From: Macrostomum lignano
Taxonomy: Eukaryota
Direction of reading: 5' to 3'
Length of the DNA: 64,000 bases
NCBI GenBank assembly: GCA_002269645.1
Contig: NIVC01001011.1
Span: forward strand, 62,001-126,000
Under the pieces are notes generated by a model. The model was not told the origin of the DNA. It saw only the letters and a list, made by a program, of their open reading frames with translations, and did not search any database. This document shows, piece after piece, positions 38,840 through 51,043 of the stretch. A program made the translations under genes and the position numbers. How positions within the stretch are numbered: position 1 is the first letter of the stretch; each line of letters opens with the position of its first letter.

Positions 38840-39360
38840 CAGCGTCTGTCTACCGGTGACTGTCTTTTGGTGTCTGTCTGTCAGTGACTGTCTCATGGTG
38901 TGTCTGTCAGTGTCTGCCAAGTGTGTCTGTCTACCAATGTGTCCGTCTGCCTGTGTGTCTGTCTGTCAGTGTTTCTGTCTGCCTGTGTGTCTGTCTGCCA
39001 GTGTGTCTGTCCGCCAGTGTGTCTGTCTGTCATTGTGTCTGTCTGCCAGTGTTTCTGTCTGCCAGTGTCTTTCTACCAGTGTGTCTGCCTGTCAATGTGC
39101 CTGTCTGCAGTGTGTCTGTCTACCAGTGTGTCTGTCTGCCTGTGTGTCTGTCTGCCAGTGTGTCTGTCTGTCAGTGTGTCTGTCTGCCAGTGTGTCTGTC
39201 TGTCAGTGTTTCTGTCTGCCAGTGTGTCTGTCTGTCAGTGTTTCTGTTTGCCAGTGTCTTTCTACCAGTGTGCCTGCCTGTCAATGTGTCTGTCTGCCAG
39301 TGTGTCTGTTTGCCGGTGTCTGTCTGGCAGTGTCTGTCTACCAGTGTGTTTGTCAGCTGT
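38840..39360 (+). repeat. Degenerate GTGTGTCTGTCTGCCA minisatellite
   Basis: Tandem ~16-18-bp TG/TC-rich units. Confidence 0.85.
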
Positions 39361-41714
39361 GTTGTCTATCTTCTGATGTAATAGACTCATAGCTGGCATA
39401 TGCTCACACACGTTGTACAGGTACAGACTTTCTCATTGTTAGTCTTGAATACACTATGATATAGTGGTAAGCTTTTCCTAGGCCTATGTGAATATACATC
39501 TTATGGAAAGTTTATGCATTTGGTATCAGTTTAATCAAGGGATCTTTTTGTTCTTACCCTATATTTATTTTAAAAAAGCATGTGAAAAGTCACTTACACT
39601 TTCCAATTCTTCAAATGTAGAAATATCACACATTACTAACAATTAGCACTTATAATTGTTGACAGAAATTAAAATATCAATGTCTTTGATGCAGAATTTC
39701 AATGCTGAAAAATATTAAAAAGTCTTTTCATTAGGATCTTCAAATGAAAAGTATTTTTATTAGATTATATTCTGGTTTATTGGCAAAAAAACAATGTATA
39801 AGTTGTTATTAAAATTCTATCAGTGTTTCCTTAGTAATTGGAATCCAACAAGCTTTTTTGTCAAATATTTATTTTAACAAGCCCAGTTCAAATAATGCTT
39901 CTTTATCTTTTACTTTTAAAATGAAAATGATATGAAAAAGACTAATGACACTTAGAAGGCACAAAGAACAAAATGTTCAGAAAGGATTATATATTATATA
40001 ATTTAATGTCTGACTAAATTATGACGTTAATCCAATAGTCCCAGCTATAGCAAGACCAAGACAAGCATGCCTACTAGTCTAATCTAAGTCTAGAAACTAG
40101 TCTAGAGACCAATTAAAGATTAAGGAGGAGAGAAGTTGCAAGGGCCTCAAATCTTAATTTAACATGCATTTACTCCTATCTTTGTTTGCCTTTTTCTTAA
40201 CTGTTAACAAGTTTTTGTTTAAGTGTGACTTCAAATTTTTAAAGAATTTATGCAAAGATAGTTCCAGGAATTAGAATTCAATGGTTTCAAAATCTGTATG
40301 TTTTAACAGCTTGTATATCTCTACTGGATTTGTATTTTGCATCTGATGAGTCATTTAAATCAGGGCTCTTATCTTCCATGCCAAATCATCTAGCAAATGG
40401 AATTATTCTCAAGCTATAGGTGAATAAACTATGAATTGTATCACACTATATTCATTTCACTTTTACTTCTAGACATTCATGAATCATGACTTATGTAGTA
40501 TGCTCACTAAACTGTATTAAAAGATTTACAAATTGCTTCACATGCTGCCACTAGATGGCATACTGATTAGCTATTATAAAAACACAAGTAATCTGCATGG
40601 TATACTAATTAGCTAATGAGACATTTAGCCTTAAAAATATGGTCATAGTTAATCTTGCCATTTATCCAAAAGTATGTTTATTTTGCTTTTCTATTTTATA
40701 GGTAAGTTGCATTTTTTATCACAAACTAAGTCACATGGTCAGTATAATTTCAGAGGTTGCACATGTATATGCAATAAGTTCCTAGGCAATCTAGTAACTA
40801 TATGTACAGTGTGTAGCAAGGAGAATTCTTTAGGCTTTTGAAAATCTATGATAGTTTTAAAATGATTATTTTATTATAATAATGACAAAAACAATGTTTT
40901 TAATACTAGAAGGTAATATATTATTTAGGTCACTATAATATATAAGCATTTTTGTGTTGTTTATCTGCTATCTCTTGTTGAAAAATTTGAATATTTCATT
41001 GGACATTCTTTCATAAAATTAGACTTAGAGCCTCTGTAGTTACCTTCTATGGTCTAACCCCCCAATCTATCAGTGTAGGCCTACACTCAGTGAATTTGAT
41101 CCAACCCTCCCACCACATGGAGTATACAAATAAAAATATATTGCATGCATCAGTGCATACTTGGGATTAGAAATATGGTTATAGTATAGTATTGATCAAA
41201 CACTTAGCCAATTATTGCCAAATACTACCATATGAACCATGGCATTGGCATTGGACAAAGATGATCATTGTACAAAGCCCATTTTGTGGATGGTAGGGTG
41301 TATGCCGGAAAATTCTAGCATATACTTGATTTCCGTGGCGTACACCAGAGTACATTTCTTGGCTGTGTACAGTGTGGCATACAGTGTGGTGTATAAAGAC
41401 TAGTGTAGAAATTAATATAAAAAATTTGTTGTGCTTTTTCTGTGTTAAGTTATTTCAAAAACCTTTTTTCTGCTACCATTTTCTCATTTACCAATCATTT
41501 TAATTACTGGAGTTGTCACAACAATTGTTATATTGTTATCAATTTTTTTAATTTGTAGTTTAAATTTAAAAATTTAAATATTTGTTAAATTTTTTACTGT
41601 TTTTTAAGTTGGTATACATTTAAAATCTGTTGGCATACAATTGAAAATTTAATAAAAATGTGTCCAGCATACACAGAAAACCTTCCACAATATGGCACAA
41701 AGCACTGTCATTGT

Positions 41715-42308
41715 CATGGGCAGTGGAAGCTTGCGGCACCAGAGGCATATGCCCCCCCCCCCGAGAAAATGAGTCCATATGTAATTTTTAATTTTTTAGT
41801 GCTTTTCTGATTTTAGGCCCTAATTAGGCCTAGCAGCTTATAGAGGTATATGTGCCCCCCTTGCTAGAGGTTGGACAGGATCCCAATCCCGATCCCAAAA
41901 TCTTGGGATCCCAAGGAAAATTGAATTCCCGCGGGACCAGAATCCCGACCATAAAAAAACTCGAGATTTGGGAACAGGTCTTTCGATTAATAATTTATAG
42001 AATTAGTGATTACTTGAAGGTATTTTGTTTCAACTTGTACTCGTTGCATTACTTACTTTGTTGGTTACAAAACTTCATATCAATTTCGTTGTGTTTTACT
42101 TCTTGATCTTGACAATCTTTTCTCAATTTTGCTTAACTTTACATGGACAATACACTAAAAGACCTGATCTTGATTCCCGATCCCGATCCCGAGAAAAAAA
42201 TTATTTCCGATCCCAATCCCGCCCAAAGATTTCAATCCCGTCCAACCTCTACCTCTTGCCCTATGCCCAGTACCCCCCCCCCTAATATATGAGGCTCCGT
42301 TGTCCCTG
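41715..42308. mobile_element. hAT-like MITE (outer element)
   Basis: Imperfect TIRs CATGGGCAGTGGAAGC / CAGGGACAACGGAGC. Flanking 8-mers GTCATTGT (41707-41714) and GACATTGT (42309-42316). Confidence 0.5.
41865..42251. mobile_element. hAT-like MITE nested in the previous element
   Basis: Perfect 12-bp TIR TAGAGGTTGGAC, internal ATCCCG subrepeats, and 8-bp flanks CCCCTTGC / CCTCTTGC. Confidence 0.7.
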
Positions 42309-44872
42309 GACATTGTCATAGAAAAAAATAGATAGGGGCCTAGGAATTTCAATGGCAAGAAATATATTTTGAGGGATAATCTAATATTTTATATGGTATC
42401 TGACATCTATGCAGTAGTGTGCATATTTCTATGCCCTTGGCTTAATATTATAAAAAATTCAATAGGCAAATTGATGAGTTTAAATAGACAGATTATCAAA
42501 TGTCAACTAGTGCATAGAATAACTTATTTGATTTGGGTTAAGCAGGTCATTAACTACTAACTAGGCCTAATAATTAATACAATAGGCCAGTATTAAGTGA
42601 GTAACATAATTGCAAACTAATAGTCAAGAGACTATGCTAACAAAAAAAATCTTTCAAGACATACCATTTTGTGCTTATTAAAATAGGAAATTCACAAACG
42701 TACAGTACATGTTGGTGGATTTGTGGGTGGTTGCACTGGTTAGTTCAGATCGAGAACCGAGATCTAACAGACGAACGCTACAGTAACATTTTCTTATTCC
42801 GACTAACTACTGTACTGAACTGAATTCACCGGCTGTTGGGTTCACCGGATTTTTAACTTTATTTTTAAGGGTTGGAAATATATATAATCGATAGCGCAAG
42901 TAAAACTAGAGATGCGCCTTGATTTTTGGCTCTGCGCGTTGCCCCTGGACATCAGGAGGGCGATTTTTGTTATTTTTTAGGGGGGGTGAAACCTACGGTG
43001 AACCCAATAAATCCTTCCAGAGAGCTGAAAACCTGTCATGCAATATTTCAAAGCAAAATATAGGCAAATTTCGACGTGCGCATATAATTTCAGCGTTGCG
43101 CGTTGCTCCTGAACTGCAGGAGAACGTTTTTTGTTGTTTTTTCTAGTTGTTGAAGAACGTGCCGGCATTTGAAATTTTGCCTATTTATAAACAAATCATC
43201 TAACACAAATATGCAGAATAATTTTAGTCTTAATTAAAAAGGCTTTTAAAATCAAAATTAAAACATTATTAATAATTAAATCGTAAATTGTTCCACGACA
43301 ATCAAATTTGGAACAAACTTAAATTCCGTTGGAGCTTGATGTTTTAAACATTCTAATTTGAAGTACATGATTGATCATTACCTTTCCTCACAGAAAAGCA
43401 CAAAACTCTAAGGATTAATAAAAAAGCAGTTGTTAAATTCTGAAAGAATTGGAGAGGCAATAAGAAGTAAAAAAGAGGTATAAAAGATTAAAGTAGACTC
43501 TTGCTCCTCTTTTCTTGCAAATTAAACTATAACAAAAGAACTGCTGTAGGACGAAAGTATAGGGTTTAGCAGCTCTGTAACATTTCAGAAAATGCTGTCA
43601 GAAATTTCTTTGTAAAATTTGTACTAACCAAATTTGATAAAGTACAGTAAACGGTTGTGTGCAACACAACAACAACAAAAACAAAAAAAAATACATTGTC
43701 AGCCAGGCAAGCGTAGGAAAATGTCATAGGGCGCGTTTTAAGGACTGGGCGCGAACGTATAGGCCGCACCGCCGGCGCGGTGCACCTGCTTCAGCCAGCT
43801 ATGAAGCAAGGCTGTCAAGAGGTCGACGAAATGCCCGGCGAAGCATGCAGCACCTCCTGCTGCACTGGCTGTGGGCAGTGCGACTCGGCTCACATAAAAT
43901 CGCCTGCCAGCTAGAGTCACCGACGGCGCACAACAGTTTGCTGGGATGGCAACAGGCCGGTGCGGTGATCGCGTATATATGCGTTTATATATACAATCTT
44001 TGACTAAAATAAAAGCTACATACACGATTTTAGTTTCTTATTGCTATTATTTATAGTTGAAAAATGTACGAAAAACTGCAATTTTTGATCATTTAGAACG
44101 CTTAAACACTATTTGTAGCTGTGCTGTGGCGCTCTCTAAAATTAGTTTTATTATTGACAAACGCTCATGCAATTGCGGATTTAAGGGGAAAGAGGCCACA
44201 CTGTCTTACTTTATACATTTTTGCATCTTTAAAAACGACGTACCAATAACTACGTACCAATAACTACAAACTTGTGCAATAAAGACATAGAGAAGTTTTT
44301 ACTCGTAATATAGCTCGTAATAAGACAGTACATATGGTACACACGGGACTTCTGATAAAAAAGAATCACAAAGACAAGTGCAAAGTATAGGTATATTTTT
44401 CCAATCCAAGTTTAATGTGAATTTGACAGGTGATTATATCGAACACTTATATAGTTTGACAACTCTCAATAACAATACGAGCGCATTTCGAGAGTTTACT
44501 ATAGATGTCCCTTCTACGTGCATGCAGCGACGTCCATTGAGACGTAGAAGAAGCGTAGGCGGACATTGAAATTTTCCACGGAAAGTGAAACAGACTGGAC
44601 AAAGTGTACATAAGCAACATTTTTCGATAGATAGTATGCGCAGGTAGTAAGATAGTTAGTATAGGAAAAGACATTGTTAGCCATATCTAAGTTTTATTAT
44701 GTACATATTAAGCCTCCTTTGAAACGTTTTAATAGTACACTTCATTTGATTGGCTATCCTTGATCTGACAACATGCCATATTTTTGCTATATAGTTATTC
44801 TCAAGTCTTTTGATCGTCAGGCTATCATGCCTTACATGTACATGTAGCTTCAGTACCGAAAACTCGTATTAT

Positions 44873-47800
44873 TCACTCCACTAGAATCATCATTCGAATG
44901 CTTTTTAGCGACACAAAAGCATTATCAATGGCATACCAAGTAATGTACTTGTGATGACGAATCTCGCCGCTAACAAACAGTCCATTAGGATTGGTGTAGA
45001 AGCAGCTCTTGAACCACCATCCCGACGCGCTGGCGTAGTTAATCGAGCAGGAAAATGAACTAGCCTGATCGTTATCGCGGTCCATAGTGGAGAACATCAT
45101 GCCTCGGCTCCTCTCGGCCAGCCCGTCGGTGGCGATGTTAGACCTCTCGGTGGCGTAGCGGCTGTAGCTCAGCAGGTAGTTGGTCGACGAGTTGCCCACC
45201 TGAAAGCCGTCGTACTCGCAGTGGAACTGAGAGCCGTCCCATTTGGTCAGTTCAAAGCGTACGGTTGCTCCGGCGCCGTTGTTGCCCGTGTCGCCATATG
45301 TGGTGAGTCGGTGCAGCTGTTTGAGTCCTGCATTGTAATATTAAGGATTATCATATTGCATGTACTCGGGAAAAGACTGAGTGAGAGTGACAGCTTGATG
45401 AGTAAAGAGCGCCGTGTCTCTTGGTTGGCGCCGCTGTTTCTTGGTAGGCGCTCCGTCTCTTGGTGGGCGCCCCTGTCTCTTGGTTGGCGCCGCTGTTTCT
45501 TGGTAGGCATCCTGTCTCTTGGTTGGCGCCCCTGTCTCTTGGTGGGCGCCCCTGTCTCTTGGTTGGCGCCCCTGTCTCTTGGTTGGCGCCCCTGTCTCTT
45601 GGTTGGCGCCCCTGTCTCTTGGTGGGCGCCCCTGTCTCTTGGTGGGCGCCCCTGTCTCTTGGTGGGCGCCCCTGTCTCTTGGTGGGCACCCTTGTCTCTT
45701 GGTGGGCGCCCCTGTCTCTTGGTGGGCGCCTCTGTCTCTTGGTGGGCGCCCCTGTCTCTTGGTGGGCACCCTTGTCTCTTGGTGGGCGCCCCTGTCTCTT
45801 GGTGGGCGCCCCTGTCTCTTGGTGGGCCCCCTGTCTCTTGGTTGGCGCCGCTGTTTCTTGGTAGGCATCCTGTCTCTTGGTAGGCGCTCCGTCTCTTGGT
45901 GGGCGCCCCCTGTCTCTTGGTGGGCACCCTAACCCCTGGTTTCTAGGCCGGTGCATGCCACGACCGAGAGATAGCAAAAGTAAGATAGCAAAAGAGATAG
46001 CCCTCACACCCATGAGCGGCGATCCCCAAGACAGCAGAGAGTGTACATGTCTGACGATAGCAAACCTGGGTGAGCGTGTGTATGAGTGCTTGGCGGTGTA
46101 CAGTATCTGCGGAATGGGAATGCCTCACCGATGGGTTGACTGTTACCATGCTTGAAGGGGGGGGGGGGTTCACAAACTCGAAATTTCACAACGTCGGAAG
46201 CACCTTCTTTCACAAGATCGAAATTTTACAAGGTCGAAATTTCAGAACATCGAAAACTCAAATAGCAGCCTCTTTTACAAGGTCGAAACTTCACAAGGTC
46301 GAAATTTCACAACATTTCGACCTTATGAAGTCCTTATGACGACCTTATGAAGGCATACAAGCGCGCGGATACGTACGCAGGCACACACTCACACAGTAGT
46401 GTACAGCGGCCCTAACTTTATTTTATCGTTAGGCACGTTAGGCATGTACACTTCACTGCGCCTTGGGGGGTTGGCTCTCAAGGCCGTTAATTGCACGAGC
46501 AGAGCCAAGCCGAGATTCCAAATTCAGCCCCAAATTAATGTGACTGCACTTGGAATCGAGCCTGGGTCGCTGGCACACCAGAGCAGCTGCGCTAACGCTG
46601 GGCTACGGCCCCCGTACACAAATGATGCGGCACAAGGAAGCTGGGTTTAGCTAAAAAGTGACGAAAGTTGGGCTTGGGATAAGTGAGAACAAGCAAGTGG
46701 ATAATTAGAAATATTTTATAAACTTAAGCTCAAAAGTGGAGTCCCTAATTATCTCCTTGCTTATTCTTAATTATCCCAAGACCAACTTTCGTCACATTTT
46801 TAGCTAAACCCAGCTTCCTTGAGTCACTGTGAGCAGAATGACGTATCATGTGTGTACATAGGTTACTCGGGCTCCACTTTATGAGCTTAAGTTGACAGGC
46901 CCTTTTTAAGGCCTCAAAGCGTCCATTCTCAGTGGTAGAGTTGAAGCCCGTATGGTAAAAATTTCTGTGACAGAGTAAATTTGACCGATTCACCACCTAT
47001 AGAAGCTCAAAATTTCTTTGCTTGCAAAGCTTTCACTTTTCTGAAACTCATAGCTATCGCTGCCAGATGGAATAGCAAATACCAGCAAAATATATGAGGC
47101 ATCGGGTAAACAGAACAACCTTGAGTTGCTATCGACGACGGAAAACGCTTTTAAGAAATCCGACTAATTCTCAGAATTCTACGATCAAAGGAGATTTAGA
47201 TCTACAAGCTAGCGTCTGTCGGGACCTCATGCCAATCTTTGATGGAGGGGTTATTTGATGCACTGCATTTCTTTACCTAAATTATCAGATGGTTATGGCT
47301 AGTGCAGCTTCTTTTTTAATCTTCAACTTCACAGGGAAAAAGCCACTTTTGAAACTTGATTTCCCGCCGTTTCTAGAAAATAAAATCGTAAACGTTGAAT
47401 TACGTTATATATTTTTATCCCGTCAATATTTCGAATTGTTGATTATATAATTACTCGTTTAATACTCGTCAAAATTCAATTAAAACGAGTACCGATTCCA
47501 AAGAAGTGCATGGTAACGGGGGCTTTGAGCACAATTGCAAATTAGACCACAGACGATTTGCTGTCAGCGAGGAGGCAAAGCAGTCGTGCCCATTGTCGGC
47601 TGATTTTCCATGCAGGAATGATATATTCCTGCACGGTCACGAGTGCGGGAATGACATCTGCACGAGTGCGCGCTAGCGCACGAGTGCACGATGTCCTTGA
47701 CGCACGAGTGAACGTGAAGGAATTCCATTGTCGGATGATTCATCGTGCAGGAATGCACAAAACCGAGCAGGAATGCATTTCTGCGCCTAACGCTTTTTCA

Positions 47801-49073
47801 GTGTGATTTTACCATAGACATCCATTCCTGCACGTAAAAGAGTGCAAGAATGCCATTCTTGCATGGAAAATCAGCCGACAATGGCATTCTTGCACTCTTT
47901 TGCGTGCAGGAATGGATGTCTATGGTAAAATCACACTGAAAAAGCGTTAGGCGCAGAAATGCATTCCTGCTCGGTTTTGTGCACTCCTGCACGATGAATC
48001 ATCCGACAATGATACTCCTTCACGTTCACTCGTGCGTGAAGGACAGCGCGCACTCGTGTAGACGTCATTCCCGCACTCGTGACCGTGCAGGAATATACCA
48101 TTCCACATACGGTTACGTACGAGCGTTACGCACTCACGTACGCTGGTAGACTACCAGGCTATTTTCCTTGAACGAGTGACAAATTAATGGGGTCCAGTGC
48201 AGAATCGCACTCAGCAACCCCACCACAGGCCCCCTACATGCAGAATCCACCAAGCACAAGCCCTATTGTCTTCCCAAGAGAGCCACCTGTCCAGAAGTTG
48301 TCCGCATCGCCAAATCCAGTTTCGTAGGCTAGCCAGGTCCGGCTGAAGTTCACGCTGGCAGACAGACGCTGCTGCAGCAGGCAGAAGCGACGGGAGCCGA
48401 TCCAGCGCACGCGACAATCCGGAAATTCGTCAGTTCGATCTGTGTGGTTTTAAATTGTCAGCTTGAATTGAGTTGGAACAAATCGTATCCAAGGACCACA
48501 AGAAGTTACCGTTGTATCTTCATAACTACGGTTACGATAACTGTTGTTACTGTTGTTGCTACGGTGACTTCTTGTGGTCTTCGATGGTAACTTTATGTAT
48601 TAGTGACTTACACAGCTTCATGAGCTCACAGCCATTAGGCAAGTAGCTGTGGCTTATGTCGCTAACGTTGTACATCAGGCAGAGTCCATTAGGCAGTCTG
48701 CACACCGATTTGCAATGCCTTTTGTGCCTATTCAGAGTGCACAGCTGCAGACACTGCGAGAGACTGTCCGATGGAGTCACGGTTGACACCGTTGCAATGG
48801 GTGCATTGATACCAGGATTTGGAGCGATTGACAAGAAGCCGAAGGTGCCTAAAGTTTATGTACAGGTATCTATGATACAGTAAAGATAGAATATCCGTTG
48901 TTTTTGGTGCGTACAAAGCGACCAAGCATTATATAATGCACTACAGATCACAATGCATGCTAAATTTAAGCATATTACTTACTCGTACTTCTGGATGTCT
49001 CACAAGAAAATACTGTTTGGTCATGGCATACGAGACTTGCCATAGCAACCAAAAGCTGGAGCAGCAGTTGCAT
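44873..49073 (-). CDS. Secreted PAN/Apple-like plus fibrinogen C-terminal domain (FReD) protein, 304 aa. Exons 49073-49004, 48848-48612, 48439-48287, 45327-44873
   Basis: Exon 1 is a signal peptide (MQLLLQLLVAMASLVC). Exon 2 has Cys spacing SLSQCLQLCTLN..CKSVC....CLMY (PAN/Apple-like). Exon 3 reads LQQRLSASVNFSRTWLAYETGFGDADNFWTG. Exon 4 reads LKQLHRLT...GMMFSTMDRDND...C......GWWFKSCFYTNPNG...ITW. All three introns are GT-AG, phase 1. Confidence 0.85.
45410..45930 (+). repeat. 20-bp minisatellite in FReD intron 3
   Basis: Tandem GGT(G/T)GGCGCCCCTGTCTCTT. Confidence 0.95.
46415..46613 (-). mobile_element. tRNA-derived SINE
   Basis: Minus strand GGGGGCCGTAGCCCAGCGTTAGCGC (A-box region) ... 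GGCTCGATTCC (B-box), an unrelated body, and an A-rich end (ATAAAATAAAG). Confidence 0.55.
46634..46915. repeat. Hairpin-forming dispersed repeat; related fragments at ~49525-49555, ~49660-49690 and ~49878-49975
   Basis: About 75-bp inverted arms at 46634-46708 and 46745-46820. Segments CCAGCTTCC..GTCACT.TGAGCAGAA.GACGT and ACTCGGGCTCCACTTTATGAGCTTAAGTTG recur upstream of the FReD gene. Confidence 0.75.
47615..48104. repeat. ~490-bp near-perfect palindrome
   Basis: Arms run from GGAATGATATATTCCTGCACGGTCACGAGTGCGGGAATGAC to GTCATTCCCGCACTCGTGACCGTGCAGGAATATACCATTCC, with a 22-nt spacer near 47858-47879. Confidence 0.9.
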
Positions 49074-51043
49074 TTGAAGTGTTTAAAATGTCTAAGTCAT
49101 ACAAAGACAGATTTTCTTGCTGCCCTATCAAGTATTTCTGCCGCATTAAATAGAGTCTTAGGAGGGAGAGGGATGAGGTTGAGAGGTCTTGTCAGACTTC
49201 CTCTCTGACAAAAGCTACGCTGCTTTCCAGTATCAGAGTCTACATCTGTTTGCACGCTATTGCTTGGGGGATGTAATTAACAGAAACGCGAAACATTTCA
49301 TGCATAAATAATCTCCCATGGAAAATGACTACTGCAATTTGCATATGCAGAACTGCAGCTGCTATTTTGAAGGGAAGTCAATCCAACGGGGCAGAAAATT
49401 TCAAATAAGAGTTGATTACAAGCACGGGAGCGCCAAAACACCCTCGGAATAAAATTAGCTCCAACAAAAATTGGACCTGCAGGTATAGGACAGAACAAGA
49501 AAGGGGACGATTAGGGATTCCACCTAATGAGCTTAAGTTGACAGGCCCTTATAATGACTTGGGAGTCTTAAATTTTGTCGACCTTAAAAGTTCTGTGTTG
49601 TGAATGTGCATGCTCCATGCTATTAGGTAATGTACGCGCGCATGTACATCTATCATCACAAATACTCAAGTGCTGGAATGGAGCCCGAACGAAAGCTCCG
49701 GATTAACAAACCGACTTTATTCAATAGCTTGTCACGGATTGACTAAAGACTGCCTAGACATCCCCTCCAGGTCCCTTGCACTTAGTGATCCGCGGCACTC
49801 CGACAAGTTATCGAGAACAGATTTCAAAATGAATTTCCGTACGTGCTGTATTGTTCCCAAATGAAGCTTTTTTGCCAAGTCCAGCTTCCTGGTGTCACTA
49901 TGAGCAGAACGACGTGTCATTTGTGTACATACATGTGTAGGATACTCGGGCTCCACTTTATGAGCTTAAGTTGGCAATCAGAGAAACGACTAATTTAAAG
50001 AATATATCGTCCATATTGATGAACCTTCAGATCTGTCGTCTATCAAGGTGCAGCTGAAAGTAATCATCTTTACTTGGTCGCACAGTTGTTGGCGGAGATG
50101 CTGCTGATGATGCTGTGGGCATCTTATCGGCAAAGTGAGACGTGCACTCGCCGTTTCGTCGACTTTTATGAACAACCTTTCCACGCCTATGCGTAACACT
50201 TTGAGGTTATTCAAGTGAAGTTGAATCAGTGTCCTGTTGTGCCAGCTACTCAAATATTCTTGAATAGTACTGTGCATGAAATTTTAATTCCCATCAGCGC
50301 TTCAGCGTTCACTTGAGCTAGTTTTTTCATTGTCGAAGCTACTCAACCGATGCAAAAGAAATCTAATACACTACTAACAATAGCATATTCAAACCATGAG
50401 TAGCCTTATTTAACACCGCAAATTTAATGAAGATTTACTATTTTCATTCACCGAGTCCTACTGGTTCAACAGACCTCGGGCTAATGTAAACTGCACCACA
50501 TATGACGTACTCCTGTCGGCATTGCAGAAGCCGCCAAGCTAAATTATATTTGGAACTATTTTTATCAACCAATTGCCCATATTAGGCAGAAGTGTGCGTC
50601 CAATTTCTCGAAATAAAATTCGGCGAGAAAAGAAAGTTGTTTGCTCATACTTAAACCACGCCAACTCCAAGCATGACGCTCCGTCTTAATCTCGATGAAA
50701 CGCTCAACTTTATGGCAATGTACTCACTGCGTGGCGCCCAGCCCCAGCATCATGCAGGACTGAGCCTAACTAAATGCTTTTTTCCATGGCTCTGTTTCGT
50801 TCTCTTTTCTTTCTCTTTTCAATTTTCTACCCCGCTTTGCTTCTCTCAGATTCATCTACGCTGTCCAAGTAAGCAGCTGCAGAGAATAGCTCTGCATAAA
50901 ACAGGCCTCCTTACTCTCTGCTTCTCCCGAACAACTCACAACTCACAAGCTACACAGAGGTTACTCTCTGCCACCGTAAAATCCTGTCAGAACTCGACTG
51001 ATTCGGAGGTTCACTCAGCTGTCTCGTCCACTCGCCAGCAACC

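Noticed and set aside
43738-44025. GC-rich island, possibly an upstream exon of the coiled-coil gene (HFVDLLTALLHSWLKQ|GTGCAC)
   Set aside because: No clear start or acceptor, a weak donor, and no homology recognised. Left uncalled pending RNA data.
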